IMG/VR virus record: IMGVR_UViG_3300028045_000024
Span: 1-50,563 of that record
Length of the DNA: 50,563 nucleotides
From: a virus
Lineage: Duplodnaviria > Caudoviricetes
Reading direction: 5' to 3' (one strand)
A program made the position numbers and the translations under genes. The notes below the pieces were generated by a model that saw nothing but the letters and a program-made list of their open reading frames with translations, did no database searches and was not told where the DNA came from. Below, one piece after another: positions 7,898 through 17,079 of the stretch (position 1 is the first letter of the stretch; every line of letters starts with the position of its first letter).

Positions 7898-9983
7898 CGG
7901 ACTCCTCCTCGATCTTCATGTAGACCATCTCCCGCACGCCAACGCTGGTGGTCACCCGCTTCTTCACAAACCTCAACTGGGTCAAAATATCAACGACCCT
8001 CTTTGTTCTACGGGTGTTCATGTCGCGCGAAGTCAGTCCCAACACCAGATACATCTCGCATACACGGACATACTTAGGGGTGACGGTGGCGATGTGCTGT
8101 TCAATCAACTGCCTCCAGGTATCCTCCACCTGATATCTCACCTGCATCTCACGCAAAAGCTCCTCCTCCACCGGGGTCATCCACCATTGGCACGAGATTT
8201 CTGGGTGTCTATTTCGAAACGCGACAAGCGCCTCCGCCCACATCTGAGACCTTATGTCGTTCAGATAGTCCCTGTCCACCGTGGTGACATTTACAGGCCA
8301 AAACCTGCGCGCGCCGCTGGGATCAGAAAGAAAGGACGACTCATTAGTTGATGCAGCAAACACCACATGTCTCGCAACCTCTTCAGCCCTGGACTTGTAT
8401 GGCGCTCTGAAATTATCATGCGTGGCTGTTAAGAATGCCTTGATTTGAGAGTTGGCCCGACCTCGAAACGCATCAAGCTCGGCGATCTCATATATCCAAG
8501 CCCGAGCGATTTGAAGGAACGAGTCCTTTGTGAAGTCCATGGGGGTGTCCGAGAAGTACTCTCCCCCCAGAATCCGCAATCCGCTGCTCTTCCCCACACC
8601 CTGTGGCCCAAATAGCACGAGCGTGGCATCCGCCTGACACCCCGGCTTAAACGCCCGGGCAATAGCCTGGATCGCCCAGCGGGCACTTATCGAGCGGTTG
8701 ATCGGGGTGTCTGCACATCCAAAGCCCCTCAAGAGCCACTCCTCCAGCCTGACTGTTCCATCCCACTCCTCGTTCTCGATCCTCTCCTGGAGCGGGTTTC
8801 GCTTGTTTCTCGTAGAGTGCAGGTTGATTGTCTCTCTGACCACAGCCGACGAGAACACAGTGCCGTACACCCTGGTCAGCCAAATGGACAGAGACGTGTC
8901 GTCCTCGTCCTTCCACGGCCGGTCGCCCTCCTCTGGAGTAGTAAGCCATACGCAGTTGTCGAAACTATTCAGCCATACCTTTCCCTTCCATCTAGTATCG
9001 TGCTTCAGTATGTAGCTCAGATTGCTGGCGGTAGGGGTAGGGCATCCGGTAGACTCTCCACGCCTCATCTTCATAGCAAGGTACGGCAAGACCACGTCTT
9101 CTGGAACGCCCTCCTCCTCTCCCGGGCGTACAAGACCAGGAAAGGGCAGGAACTTTTTGTGTGGAGTCTTATCATGCCCATGGTTTTGGGACGTACAAAC
9201 CAGCCATACGCCGAACTTTGCTCGACGAAGAAACGCGCTACCTATCGTGCTATCTGCCATATCTGGGCATGAGCACTTAACCTTGTCCCCAAGTGATGCG
9301 CTGTTGCCCCAGTCCAGGACATGCAGCTCTCCGTCGTAGGTCATCACCTTGGTGTCCTCTGGCGCCTTCTCCATGGTGATTAGATCGTTATGGTCAACAG
9401 GCTCGCTACTCTTGAGTATCATGTCCACATCCAACGCCCGGGCGTCGTCTTCGTAGAACACAACATACTCGTACATGTCCTCGTGCTGCGAGCATGGGGC
9501 AAACCACATGCGTGCGGGATCTTTGCATGATGGGTCTGGAGCCAGCCCGTTAGCCTCGGCAAACTCCATGGCCCAGCGAATTAGCAGCCCAAACTCCGAT
9601 CGACTCACAGACCGGCTGAGTGGCAGAACGAGCCGCGTGCGTGGGTCTGATGGGGTGTGAGACCATGTGGTGTGTATCGCACACCTCCAGTCACCAAACA
9701 CGCTCTCTATATCAGTGACGCTGCACCCAGAATCAAAATCCAGCGACAGTGCGTACACTTGAGCCACCGATTCATTACTGCGCGTTGAACCCTCGTCCAG
9801 CTGGTAGAAGCCCAGGAGTGGTAAGCTCTTCTTGGCCGGGTACGAACGACCCTTCTCTCTCGCTATTCGAAGCCACTCTCCCGCAACAAAGTAGTCGCAA
9901 AACTTGTCCCACGCGATTGAGTCTACTCTTGCTGGCTTCTTTCGGTTCAGTCCTGTGAAAATGCTACACCTGATTTTCTCCAT
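7878..9983 (-). CDS. Primase-helicase: N-terminal primase-polymerase-like domain plus VapE (virulence-associated E) P-loop ATPase
   Basis: N-terminus has LDFD, HTTWSH, R.RLVLPL and DPAR. C-terminus has GPQGVGKS, YEIAEL, FRAPY, STNE..FLSDPSGARRF. Confidence 0.9.
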   Translation of the reverse strand: MEKIRCSIFTGLNRKKPARVDSIAWDKFCDYFVAGEWLRIAREKGRSYPAKKSLPLLGFYQLDEGSTRSNESVAQVYALSLDFDSGCSVTDIESVFGDWRCAIHTTWSHTPSDPRTRLVLPLSRSVSRSEFGLLIRWAMEFAEANGLAPDPSCKDPARMWFAPCSQHEDMYEYVVFYEDDARALDVDMILKSSEPVDHNDLITMEKAPEDTKVMTYDGELHVLDWGNSASLGDKVKCSCPDMADSTIGSAFLRRAKFGVWLVCTSQNHGHDKTPHKKFLPFPGLVRPGEEEGVPEDVVLPYLAMKMRRGESTGCPTPTASNLSYILKHDTRWKGKVWLNSFDNCVWLTTPEEGDRPWKDEDDTSLSIWLTRVYGTVFSSAVVRETINLHSTRNKRNPLQERIENEEWDGTVRLEEWLLRGFGCADTPINRSISARWAIQAIARAFKPGCQADATLVLFGPQGVGKSSGLRILGGEYFSDTPMDFTKDSFLQIARAWIYEIAELDAFRGRANSQIKAFLTATHDNFRAPYKSRAEEVARHVVFAASTNESSFLSDPSGARRFWPVNVTTVDRDYLNDIRSQMWAEALVAFRNRHPEISCQWWMTPVEEELLREMQVRYQVEDTWRQLIEQHIATVTPKYVRVCEMYLVLGLTSRDMNTRRTKRVVDILTQLRFVKKRVTTSVGVREMVYMKIEEESDARSVG

Positions 9984-10397
9984 TTACTCCTCCAAAGTAA
10001 TCATTACCGCAGGTCCCTCATCTCGAGCTGCGTAAAGTTTTTGAGCACTGACGCGCCAAACAGTTTTGTCGTCCCTGATAACCCCAGACATGACTAGCGC
10101 GTCGAGCGCACACTTTACCACATTATCAATGTCGGGCTTGACATCACAAGGGATCCTTTCGTCCGGGTCTTTTTTTCTGAGGAGACGCTTTGGTCTTGAG
10201 AATATTGCCGTGATAGTGACAGAGCAAAGCGCGTCGATTGGCGCCTTCATCCATGCATTGCGAAGGATGAGCGCCGCCCCTCTCTCCCACTCGGCAGTCC
10301 CCTTGGGGGTGTACGCCCGCCCAGTTGCCCGGACAAACTTTGGCCTTCCTTTCCCCACGGGCTGGCCTGGAATGACTGCATCAAGTAGACTCATCAT
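9984..10397 (-). CDS. rusA: RusA-family Holliday junction resolvase
   Basis: Contains PVGKGRP, KPDIDNVVKCALDAL, DD..V and K.YA. Confidence 0.92.
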   Translation of the reverse strand: MMSLLDAVIPGQPVGKGRPKFVRATGRAYTPKGTAEWERGAALILRNAWMKAPIDALCSVTITAIFSRPKRLLRKKDPDERIPCDVKPDIDNVVKCALDALVMSGVIRDDKTVWRVSAQKLYAARDEGPAVMITLEE

Positions 10398-10611
10398 TAC
10401 TCCCCAGGGCATCCAGTACCCCAACCACTGTCTCATCAGACCAACCAAAGACCCGGCGTAATTCTGCGAAATTATGCAGATTTGGGGTACGCATACCGGT
10501 CTCCCAACAGCTCACTGTTGCGCGGTTTGTACTTAGCCTATCCGCCAGCCCAGTCTGGGTCATCCTTTCGGCCCGCTTTCTGGACAGAAGAATCAGTTCT
10601 GAAAGTTCCAT
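10381..10611 (-). CDS. XRE-family HTH regulator (Cro-like)
   Basis: HTH segment MTQTGLADRLSTNRATVSCWETGMRTP; GAGG RBS before ATG 10611. Confidence 0.88.
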   Translation of the reverse strand: MELSELILLSRKRAERMTQTGLADRLSTNRATVSCWETGMRTPNLHNFAELRRVFGWSDETVVGVLDALGSNDEST

Positions 10612-10661
10612 ATCGTCCTCACTTGTTAGGTCTGCACAAACTATACCCCACATAAAAACAT

Positions 10662-10690
10662 TTGACAATAAAAAACACAAATGATAGGTT
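10662..10690 (+). promoter_or_regulatory. Sigma70-like promoter for the recombination genes, in the divergent intergenic region
   Basis: TTGACA, 17-bp spacer, TG-n-TAGGTT; AT-rich; AGGAG RBS follows. Confidence 0.65.
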
Positions 10691-10713
10691 AACCTCACAG
10701 CATAGGAGTTGTT

Positions 10714-11643
10714 ATGGATACGAAACAGAGAGAGCTTAGGAAGACTTTGTGTACAGGCACGAAGGTAGGACCCATACTCGGGGTGGGTAAATTTCGCACT
10801 GGCTATGATGTATACGCGCAGTGCAAGGGTCTGGTGGACGACAGGCCTGCATCGGACGCTATGATTCGGGGCATCGCCCTGGAGCGGGGGATCCTCGACT
10901 TGTATGAGGAACGTAAGGGAGTGAAGCTGGGCAGGGGCCTGGGGACCATTATTCATCCCACAGAGAACTGGATGGGCGCAAGTCCTGATGGATACTACAT
11001 TGACGAAGACGGCGCCATAGTTATAGTTGACGCCAAGACATCCCGCGTTCGAGATGCTTGGGGTCATCCTGGTAGTGATGACGTTCCCGTGGATTACGCG
11101 CTTCAGCTCCAGTGGTATGCTTTAATTCTGGCGGCGCACTTCGACCGGCCGGTTGTCGGACTGGATGTCATTACCTACTTCCCGATGCAGGATGAGATCA
11201 TCATCTACTCTATTGCGCCAGACGAGGTCATTCAGCAGGATATTGTTGAGCGATGTAGAAAGTGGTGGTGGAGATATATCGTTTCTAACGTGGCCCCTCC
11301 TTTGGACCACAGCAATTCCGCGGCGGAAGTTGTCAATAAAACGTCCCATACCCGGGGTGAGTTGATACAGATAGATGAGTCCGATGCGGTTTTCATCAAA
11401 GACCTCAAGGAAGTGAAGGCCAAGATCAAAGAGCTGGAGACCGAGAAGAAGGGTCTCGAGACTCAGATCAAATCTATAATTGGCGATGCAACCGGGATCG
11501 TGGGTGGGGGCGCCAGGGCCACATGGAAGGAGCAGCGAGGGCGATCTTCGTGGGACACAAAGCAGTTAGAGGTTGATCACCCAGAACTAGTAGAAAAGTA
11601 CAAAAAACATGGTAAGACCTACCGGGTCCTACGAATTAAGTAG
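10714..11643 (+). CDS. YqaJ / lambda-exonuclease-like viral recombinase nuclease
   Basis: Contains RGIALE, ASPDG, VDAKT and YALQLQWY, followed by a coiled-coil C-terminus. Confidence 0.9.
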   Translation: MDTKQRELRKTLCTGTKVGPILGVGKFRTGYDVYAQCKGLVDDRPASDAMIRGIALERGILDLYEERKGVKLGRGLGTIIHPTENWMGASPDGYYIDEDGAIVIVDAKTSRVRDAWGHPGSDDVPVDYALQLQWYALILAAHFDRPVVGLDVITYFPMQDEIIIYSIAPDEVIQQDIVERCRKWWWRYIVSNVAPPLDHSNSAAEVVNKTSHTRGELIQIDESDAVFIKDLKEVKAKIKELETEKKGLETQIKSIIGDATGIVGGGARATWKEQRGRSSWDTKQLEVDHPELVEKYKKHGKTYRVLRIK

Positions 11644-11654
11644 AGGAGAGAGAG

Positions 11655-12365
11655 ATGAAAAACTTAGCAACGGCAATATGTCAGGTAATGGCTGCGGCCA
11701 GCCACGTTCAGAAAACAGGGAACAACTCATTTCACGGGTATGCCTATGCCAGTGATGCCGACCTGTTGCGGGTCATACAGCCCGCGATGGCAAGTGCCGG
11801 ACTAGCAATGGTTCCGTCGCAGATAGCACAGACAGACACAAAACTAGACAAGGGCAAGGTGCAGACGGATGTCCATGTCCAGTACCTGCTGGTCCACACG
11901 AGCGGAGAAACCCTTGAGATCCAGGCAATTGGCCGAGGCATCGACAAGGAGGACAAGGGGCAGTACAAGGCGATGACAGGGGCGCTAAAGTACGCGCTGC
12001 GCCAGACCTTTCTGGTCCCCACTGGGGATGACCCAGAGGTTCACAGCGCTGTTCACCATGCTCCCGCAATCACTCAAGAGAGAAAGAAGGGCGCACCAGC
12101 AAAGAAGAGCGCGCCCCGCGCGCCCAAGCAGAACACAGGCCCGGATTGCCCAAAATGTGGTGGGCCGATGCACGACTTCGCGGATAAGCGCAGGGCTGGA
12201 AGCAAGGGACCCGCTTACAAGTGCAAATCTGGGCACTACAATAGCGCTACGCGCACCACCGAGGGGTGTGCTGGAGTTATTTGGGATCCAGAGGGGCGGA
12301 AGAATCCTGTCCCCCAAGAGGCTCTGACCGAGGAACCTTGGCCCGATGAGGAGGTGCCCTTCTAG
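11655..12365 (+). CDS. ERF-family single-strand annealing protein with C-terminal zinc ribbon and SSB-like acidic tip
   Basis: Contains K.G.N.F.GY.YA, HTSGE, DKG.YKAMTGALKYAL..TFLVPTGDDPE and CPKC...C...C; ends in DEEVPF. Confidence 0.88.
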   Translation: MKNLATAICQVMAAASHVQKTGNNSFHGYAYASDADLLRVIQPAMASAGLAMVPSQIAQTDTKLDKGKVQTDVHVQYLLVHTSGETLEIQAIGRGIDKEDKGQYKAMTGALKYALRQTFLVPTGDDPEVHSAVHHAPAITQERKKGAPAKKSAPRAPKQNTGPDCPKCGGPMHDFADKRRAGSKGPAYKCKSGHYNSATRTTEGCAGVIWDPEGRKNPVPQEALTEEPWPDEEVPF

Positions 12366-12376
12366 GGCTGCGCCGC

Positions 12377-12403
12377 TGCGCCCCCTGGGGCGCTTCTTTT
12401 TTT
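12377..12403 (+). terminator. Intrinsic terminator after the recombination genes
   Basis: Stem GCGCCCC-CT-GGGGCGC followed by TTCTTTTTTT. Confidence 0.75.
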
Positions 12404-12434
12404 ACTATTAGCGCCAGCCTTCTTCCGCGCTTTT

Positions 12435-12848
12435 TCATGGAGCTGGCTCAACAGGAGATGGGGTGCCTGTTACCTCCATTAAATCCAGTGTCCTAACTCC
12501 AAAAATTGAGGCGACTACAACGATAATCAGTATGAGCGTCTGCGGTGTCAGGAGGCTTTGGAGCCACTTCTGCTTAGTAAGCTGGGCCTCCGCCTCGGAA
12601 CGCTCGCGTCCCTCCCTGTACTTGCGGGCCTCCTCTGCCCGTTTTTCCTCCGACTCAGCGCGGGCCTTGAGGATATCTTTTAGCTCGAGCTGACTGGTCG
12701 ATAAAGAGACAAACCTCTCGGCCTGTCGCTCGTCTTGATGCGCCAACGTCAGACCAAGCTTGGATGTTTCGACCTTTAAGGAACTCACATCTCCCTCCAG
12801 GGAGGCAATTCTCTTTCCGTGTATTGTCACTGTCTCCTCAATGGCCAT
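12435..12848 (-). CDS. Coiled-coil protein with C-terminal transmembrane helix (holin/XhlA-like candidate)
   Basis: Heptad coiled coil followed by LILIIVVVASIFGV; adjacent to the endolysin; GGAG RBS before ATG 12848. Confidence 0.65.
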   Translation of the reverse strand: MAIEETVTIHGKRIASLEGDVSSLKVETSKLGLTLAHQDERQAERFVSLSTSQLELKDILKARAESEEKRAEEARKYREGRERSEAEAQLTKQKWLQSLLTPQTLILIIVVVASIFGVRTLDLMEVTGTPSPVEPAP

Positions 12849-12910
12849 GTGTGCTCCAGGGTCTTTTGCGTTAGAATACCGTGTTCGTACAATAATTGAT
12901 AGGAGTGGAT

Positions 12911-13747
12911 GTGCCAAAAACAATTCGACGTGGAGATACAGGCGGCAGCGTTGTGTCTATGCAAAGCCTTCTTGTGGAGCATGGCTATGAAACCGCAATA
13001 GACGGCGTGTTCGGGCCAGGAACAGAGGCAAAACTCAAGGAGTTTCAGGCCGACGAGAGCCTGGTTGCTGACGGGATATGCGGAGACAAGACGTGGATTC
13101 ACCTGGAAGACCTCGCTGACGTGCTGCACCTGCCTATAGACTGGATGAGCGTTGTCAAACTGCTGCCCCAGATGGCGCCGCAGAAATACCAGTTATCAAA
13201 GGCCCAGTGCCCCAGCAATCCCCCAGGCGTGTCTTTGCAGCGCATCGGATCTGACACTACAAACTGCGTGCTGTTTACATCATGGGTCATCTCAAAGGCG
13301 TTCGAAGGGGTATCCTTTTCTGGAGACCAGTGGTCACAGTGGATGGTCTCAGCTCCACCACCGTGGAACTGCGGGACAGGACACCCATCCACACCAGGAT
13401 ACGGGCCTCGAGTATGCATGCAGTGGGGAGTCGCCACAACAGCACCAGGACCCGGTGTTTGGCTCGTGCAGTACTTCACCACCACCGGAGGTCACAGTAT
13501 GCTCGTTGTGGACTACGACGAAGACACAGACAAAATACTGACCCTGGAAGCCAATTCGTACTATGAGCTAGATGGAGTGGGCTGGGCTGATATTGGAAAC
13601 ATCCGAGATGTGCCTAACCCTGGAGCTGACTGGCCATCCCGCGTGGAACAAACATGGTCCACCAGGATAGATTCGAAGGTCGCGGTTCATGTAGCCAGGC
13701 TTGAGATAGACCATGCATCCGTCAAGAAGTGGCTCAATCTCGCCTGA
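12911..13747 (+). CDS. Endolysin: N-terminal peptidoglycan-binding domain plus CHAP/NlpC-P60-like peptidase
   Basis: PG-binding pattern GDTG..V...Q..L...DGVFG..TE..LKEFQ...L.ADGI.G.KTW. Putative catalytic residues at NC, GGHSM and LEAN. AGGAG RBS before GTG 12911. Confidence 0.82.
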   Translation: MPKTIRRGDTGGSVVSMQSLLVEHGYETAIDGVFGPGTEAKLKEFQADESLVADGICGDKTWIHLEDLADVLHLPIDWMSVVKLLPQMAPQKYQLSKAQCPSNPPGVSLQRIGSDTTNCVLFTSWVISKAFEGVSFSGDQWSQWMVSAPPPWNCGTGHPSTPGYGPRVCMQWGVATTAPGPGVWLVQYFTTTGGHSMLVVDYDEDTDKILTLEANSYYELDGVGWADIGNIRDVPNPGADWPSRVEQTWSTRIDSKVAVHVARLEIDHASVKKWLNLA

Positions 13748-14051
13748 GCGCAGAGACTACAGCCTTGCTTCTCCGGCTCCCACGCTCCCGACTCCCCTTG
13801 CCACCATGAATGTCCTTGTCGGGATGACCAAGGTTGTCCTTCGCGTTCATTGCCACCAACTGCCCGCCGCCCTTATGCTGCCCTGTGTCGTGGACATGCT
13901 TATCAGTAGGTAGGTCTCCGTTCTCTTTCTCAAACGCACGCCGCGCCTTGTTGCGCTCCGAGCGCCGCGCAATCTGCTCCGGCTTTCTCTGGTACGCCTT
14001 TGCCCGCTCGCGTGCGGCCGGTGACATTGACTGGTAGTTATTCTTCGCCAT
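13734..14051 (-). CDS. Small basic protein, degenerate HNH-like
   Basis: Pattern PEQIARRSERNKARR...DKHVHD....GG.......N resembles small phage HNH proteins, but the motif is imperfect. Confidence 0.55.
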   Translation of the reverse strand: MAKNNYQSMSPAARERAKAYQRKPEQIARRSERNKARRAFEKENGDLPTDKHVHDTGQHKGGGQLVAMNAKDNLGHPDKDIHGGKGSRERGSRRSKAVVSALRRD

Positions 14052-14439
14052 CGGCGTCACCCAATTTGCCCTCTGCCTTCAGCCTGTCATAGACCTTCTG
14101 AACCATGGGGCGCATAGTCCCACGGGCAATAGCCCCAATGATGACGCCATCCAGGGTTTCAAGGGCCATCGCGATAACAGGCGGCAAACCTCGCCATTCA
14201 AGGAATTCGTCAGCTTGCTCCGCTAACTCATCAATGACCTCCTCCATCTTCTGCTGGCCAGGCAATATGTCCCCTGCAACCTCCAAAATCAGGGATTCCG
14301 CAATAGGTTCGAGCTTCTCCCACTTAATGCCCAGGAATGGACCTCGGTTTTCACGACGTACTTCTCTGCGCTCTTTACGGAGTGCCTTCTTCTCGTCGGG
14401 GGTGAGTGTGTGTCTTTCTTCTTTGCTTAGTAAGGGCAT
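14038..14439 (-). CDS. Hypothetical protein
   Basis: AGGAG RBS before ATG 14439. Confidence 0.8.
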   Translation of the reverse strand: MPLLSKEERHTLTPDEKKALRKERREVRRENRGPFLGIKWEKLEPIAESLILEVAGDILPGQQKMEEVIDELAEQADEFLEWRGLPPVIAMALETLDGVIIGAIARGTMRPMVQKVYDRLKAEGKLGDADGEE

Positions 14440-14452
14440 TGTATTCTCCTGG

Positions 14453-16762
14453 TTAACCGATAACTTTACCCGCACTAAACGACACGCCCTCGACCTGTAG
14501 ACTCCAGATGAAAATATCGTGGTTCGTTACCATGTGAATTTTCAAAATCAGGATGTCGCCCTCGTACATATTTGAGATGTCAAACTCGTAAGAGGTGGTG
14601 TCTAGCGTGTCTACAGTAGTGACGATCGTATTAGTGGTATTCAGAGCGGCAACGGTGTCATACGCAGGGGTGTCGGCTATCAATCGAGCAGTGGGCGTTA
14701 CCCCTCCTGCTGGGTCTGCCACCAGTACTCCCGCAACGGGTTGTGGGATTACACAACATGCGAGGTCCAGTGTCTGCGCGGTATCATGACTGTAGGTTAG
14801 CGTAAATTTAATTGGGAACGCTGTACATAGCCCACCGGGTACGTTTAGCTGCCATGTGATAAAGTCATTTCTAGTGTCGAGTTTGCCCTTCTTTACCTTA
14901 TGGTTCCACCCGGTTAGAGACGCTGCTGCTATCCCAGTCCCGACCTGAACTGTGTAGTCCTTAGCCCCCGCGCCTTCTCCCCACATATTTCCGCTGCCGA
15001 ACAAAGTCTGCTTCCACATGGCCAGCCCTTGCGCTAGCTGCTGCCCCCGGCCGTTCACACCGAACTGCGACGGCACGAGTTTTAGCTGCTCGAATGTGGG
15101 GACTATATTAGGCACTGCTAACGTAGCGACACGCACTCTGGCCCAATGGCCTGCCACCCCGTTAATCGTGGAGCTAGCCCAGGTTGTGGCTCCGTCAATT
15201 CCCAGCCTGTAATCCTCTGTATTGTTAGCCCGCAGGAACGCTTGATCGCCGTACCTGTACTGATTTGCTACCTGTACAGACTGGATGCCCACTGGCACCC
15301 ACGCGACCCCGCTGTAGATTTCAAACACATGTGTGCGTGCAGTCGCTGCAACCACCTGGGCAAACTGGGCTGTCCAGTGCTTGAGCTTAGCTCCAGAAGA
15401 ATCCACTCGGTTCGTACACCACATGATGGTTTCACCCACAGCCCCTGTTTGGAAGGAGAATGTAGACCCGTCTTTAGAACTAGCCTCGGTACTGACATCG
15501 ATGTAGCCCGCTGCACCGGTCGCATCGGTAGTGAACACTGTGTTGGATGTAGCGTACGCCGAACCCTCACCCACATACATCCCGCTTCCTCGCTCGGGGT
15601 GTCCAACTACACTGTCTGCTCCCCAAAGTTGAAAGCTCGTAGTGTCGTAGGGGTCTTCTGATGTGAAGAAGCTCCATGCATGGTCGCTATCTTTCCATGT
15701 TGACGGGATGCTGAATTTCCTATCCATTTGCGCAGTGATTCGTAGTAGACCACCTACGCCCGTAAGAGCGGGGTCCACCAGCAAATTGTAGGCGGACGCC
15801 TGAATTTTCCCGCCATACGCCTCGACCGTCACGGCATTTCCACTTACTTGGATGCCATTAGTCAGATTAAATAGGTTTAAACTAATCAACACCGCAGTTC
15901 CGGCAGTACAGATCACACCAGAAGTGACCGTTGACGCGCCAATATTAAAGTCTAACGCCTGTAATCTTCCAGCAGTACACTTTGCCCCAGCAGCTAACGT
16001 CGCTCCGGGCGGGATATGTACGGCTTGAACTGCCATCACACCTCCGTTGACTTCGAGCAAAGAGTCCGCTACTCCCGAACCCATTCGAAGCTCTAGTCCA
16101 ATGAGCTTGCCAGTGGTAACTAGCACCCCTCGCCCAGTCCCACCGGCACCGAGAAACTTGATGAACCGCACTCCGCAGACATTTCCACCGCCGATAGCAC
16201 ATTCGATCGCCCCAACTGCATCGGTAGGTATTGTGACGCTTACATTCTGTAGAGTGGTATCTATTCCCATTGTAACGCGAACGCCGGTTGCAGCCGCACC
16301 TGTGATGGAGGTGACCTCATACCCACCTATACCCACCAATGTTACACCCTGGGGGATAGTCAGCCCGGACTCGGGGTAGACACCAGGACGTATCTGTACG
16401 GTGTCCCCAGTGCCAGCTACTGCTATAGCTGCCGCGATAGTTAAGAATGGTAGGTCGAACCTGTCTACTAGACCAGTGCCATCATTGCCCAGCTTGTCCA
16501 CATAGACGACATTGCCTACTGGGAGTGTTGATATGCCACCACTTCCATTTGCAGCGGCAGTGATACGCCCTTGTGCGTCAACTGTGATATCCGCTGCTGT
16601 ATAGGCACCGGGTGTTACTGCCGTATTAGCTAGGTCGATTGTCCCAGTAGTGGTGATCGGTCCACCTGTAAGGCCGGTGCCGGTGTCTACTTGGGTTACA
16701 GTTCCGCCGCCTCCTCCAGGAATGGGAGCGACAATCTCTACTTTTAGTGTTGATGGGGGCAT
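14453..16762 (-). CDS. Tail fibre/tailspike with probable beta-helix (pectin-lyase-like) region
   Basis: Fibre repeat GTVTQVDTGTGLTGGPITTTGTI..TVDAQGRITAA, then VYVDK.GND.TG..PFLTIAAAI...GDTV.IRPGVY.E, typical of a beta-helix entry. Confidence 0.85.
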   Translation of the reverse strand: MPPSTLKVEIVAPIPGGGGGTVTQVDTGTGLTGGPITTTGTIDLANTAVTPGAYTAADITVDAQGRITAAANGSGGISTLPVGNVVYVDKLGNDGTGLVDRFDLPFLTIAAAIAVAGTGDTVQIRPGVYPESGLTIPQGVTLVGIGGYEVTSITGAAATGVRVTMGIDTTLQNVSVTIPTDAVGAIECAIGGGNVCGVRFIKFLGAGGTGRGVLVTTGKLIGLELRMGSGVADSLLEVNGGVMAVQAVHIPPGATLAAGAKCTAGRLQALDFNIGASTVTSGVICTAGTAVLISLNLFNLTNGIQVSGNAVTVEAYGGKIQASAYNLLVDPALTGVGGLLRITAQMDRKFSIPSTWKDSDHAWSFFTSEDPYDTTSFQLWGADSVVGHPERGSGMYVGEGSAYATSNTVFTTDATGAAGYIDVSTEASSKDGSTFSFQTGAVGETIMWCTNRVDSSGAKLKHWTAQFAQVVAATARTHVFEIYSGVAWVPVGIQSVQVANQYRYGDQAFLRANNTEDYRLGIDGATTWASSTINGVAGHWARVRVATLAVPNIVPTFEQLKLVPSQFGVNGRGQQLAQGLAMWKQTLFGSGNMWGEGAGAKDYTVQVGTGIAAASLTGWNHKVKKGKLDTRNDFITWQLNVPGGLCTAFPIKFTLTYSHDTAQTLDLACCVIPQPVAGVLVADPAGGVTPTARLIADTPAYDTVAALNTTNTIVTTVDTLDTTSYEFDISNMYEGDILILKIHMVTNHDIFIWSLQVEGVSFSAGKVIG

Positions 16763-17079
16763 TAATTACCCCCTTGGAGGCTGTTTCCTTGCAGCCCCCT
16801 ACCCTGCAATCTTCTGCCCTGAAGTGCGTCCCCTTGAGTTGTGGAGCCTCCGCCACCACCTGCTGCTGTACCCTCGTGTACCACGCTCGCAAACAAGCCA
16901 CGAGCGTCCACAGGTAGCAAAGCTGCGCTATGTACCACGCTCGCAAACAGACCACGAGCTGCCACCGGGTTGAGTATACCGCTATGTACCACACTTGCGA
17001 ATAGACCGCGTGCCGCTATAGGATTTGGGTCTGCGTCATGGACCACAGATCCAAATAGTCCCTGCGCGTCTACAGCCAT
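16762..17079 (-). CDS. Small repeat protein (4 x 18-aa ARGLFASVVH repeats and an LQG-repeat tail)
   Basis: TAATG-coupled to both neighbours; degenerate 54-bp tandem repeats. Confidence 0.8.
   Translation of the reverse strand: MAVDAQGLFGSVVHDADPNPIAARGLFASVVHSGILNPVAARGLFASVVHSAALLPVDARGLFASVVHEGTAAGGGGGSTTQGDALQGRRLQGRGLQGNSLQGGN

Noticed and set aside
6216-8351. Long + strand ORFs 6216-7106 and 7452-8351
   Set aside because: They are antisense shadows of the well-supported helicase and primase genes, with no motifs or RBS.
10612-11067. N-terminal extension of the HTH ORF given in the track (228 aa)
   Set aside because: It overlaps YqaJ on the opposite strand and crosses the promoter region. 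An RBS supports a start at 10611.
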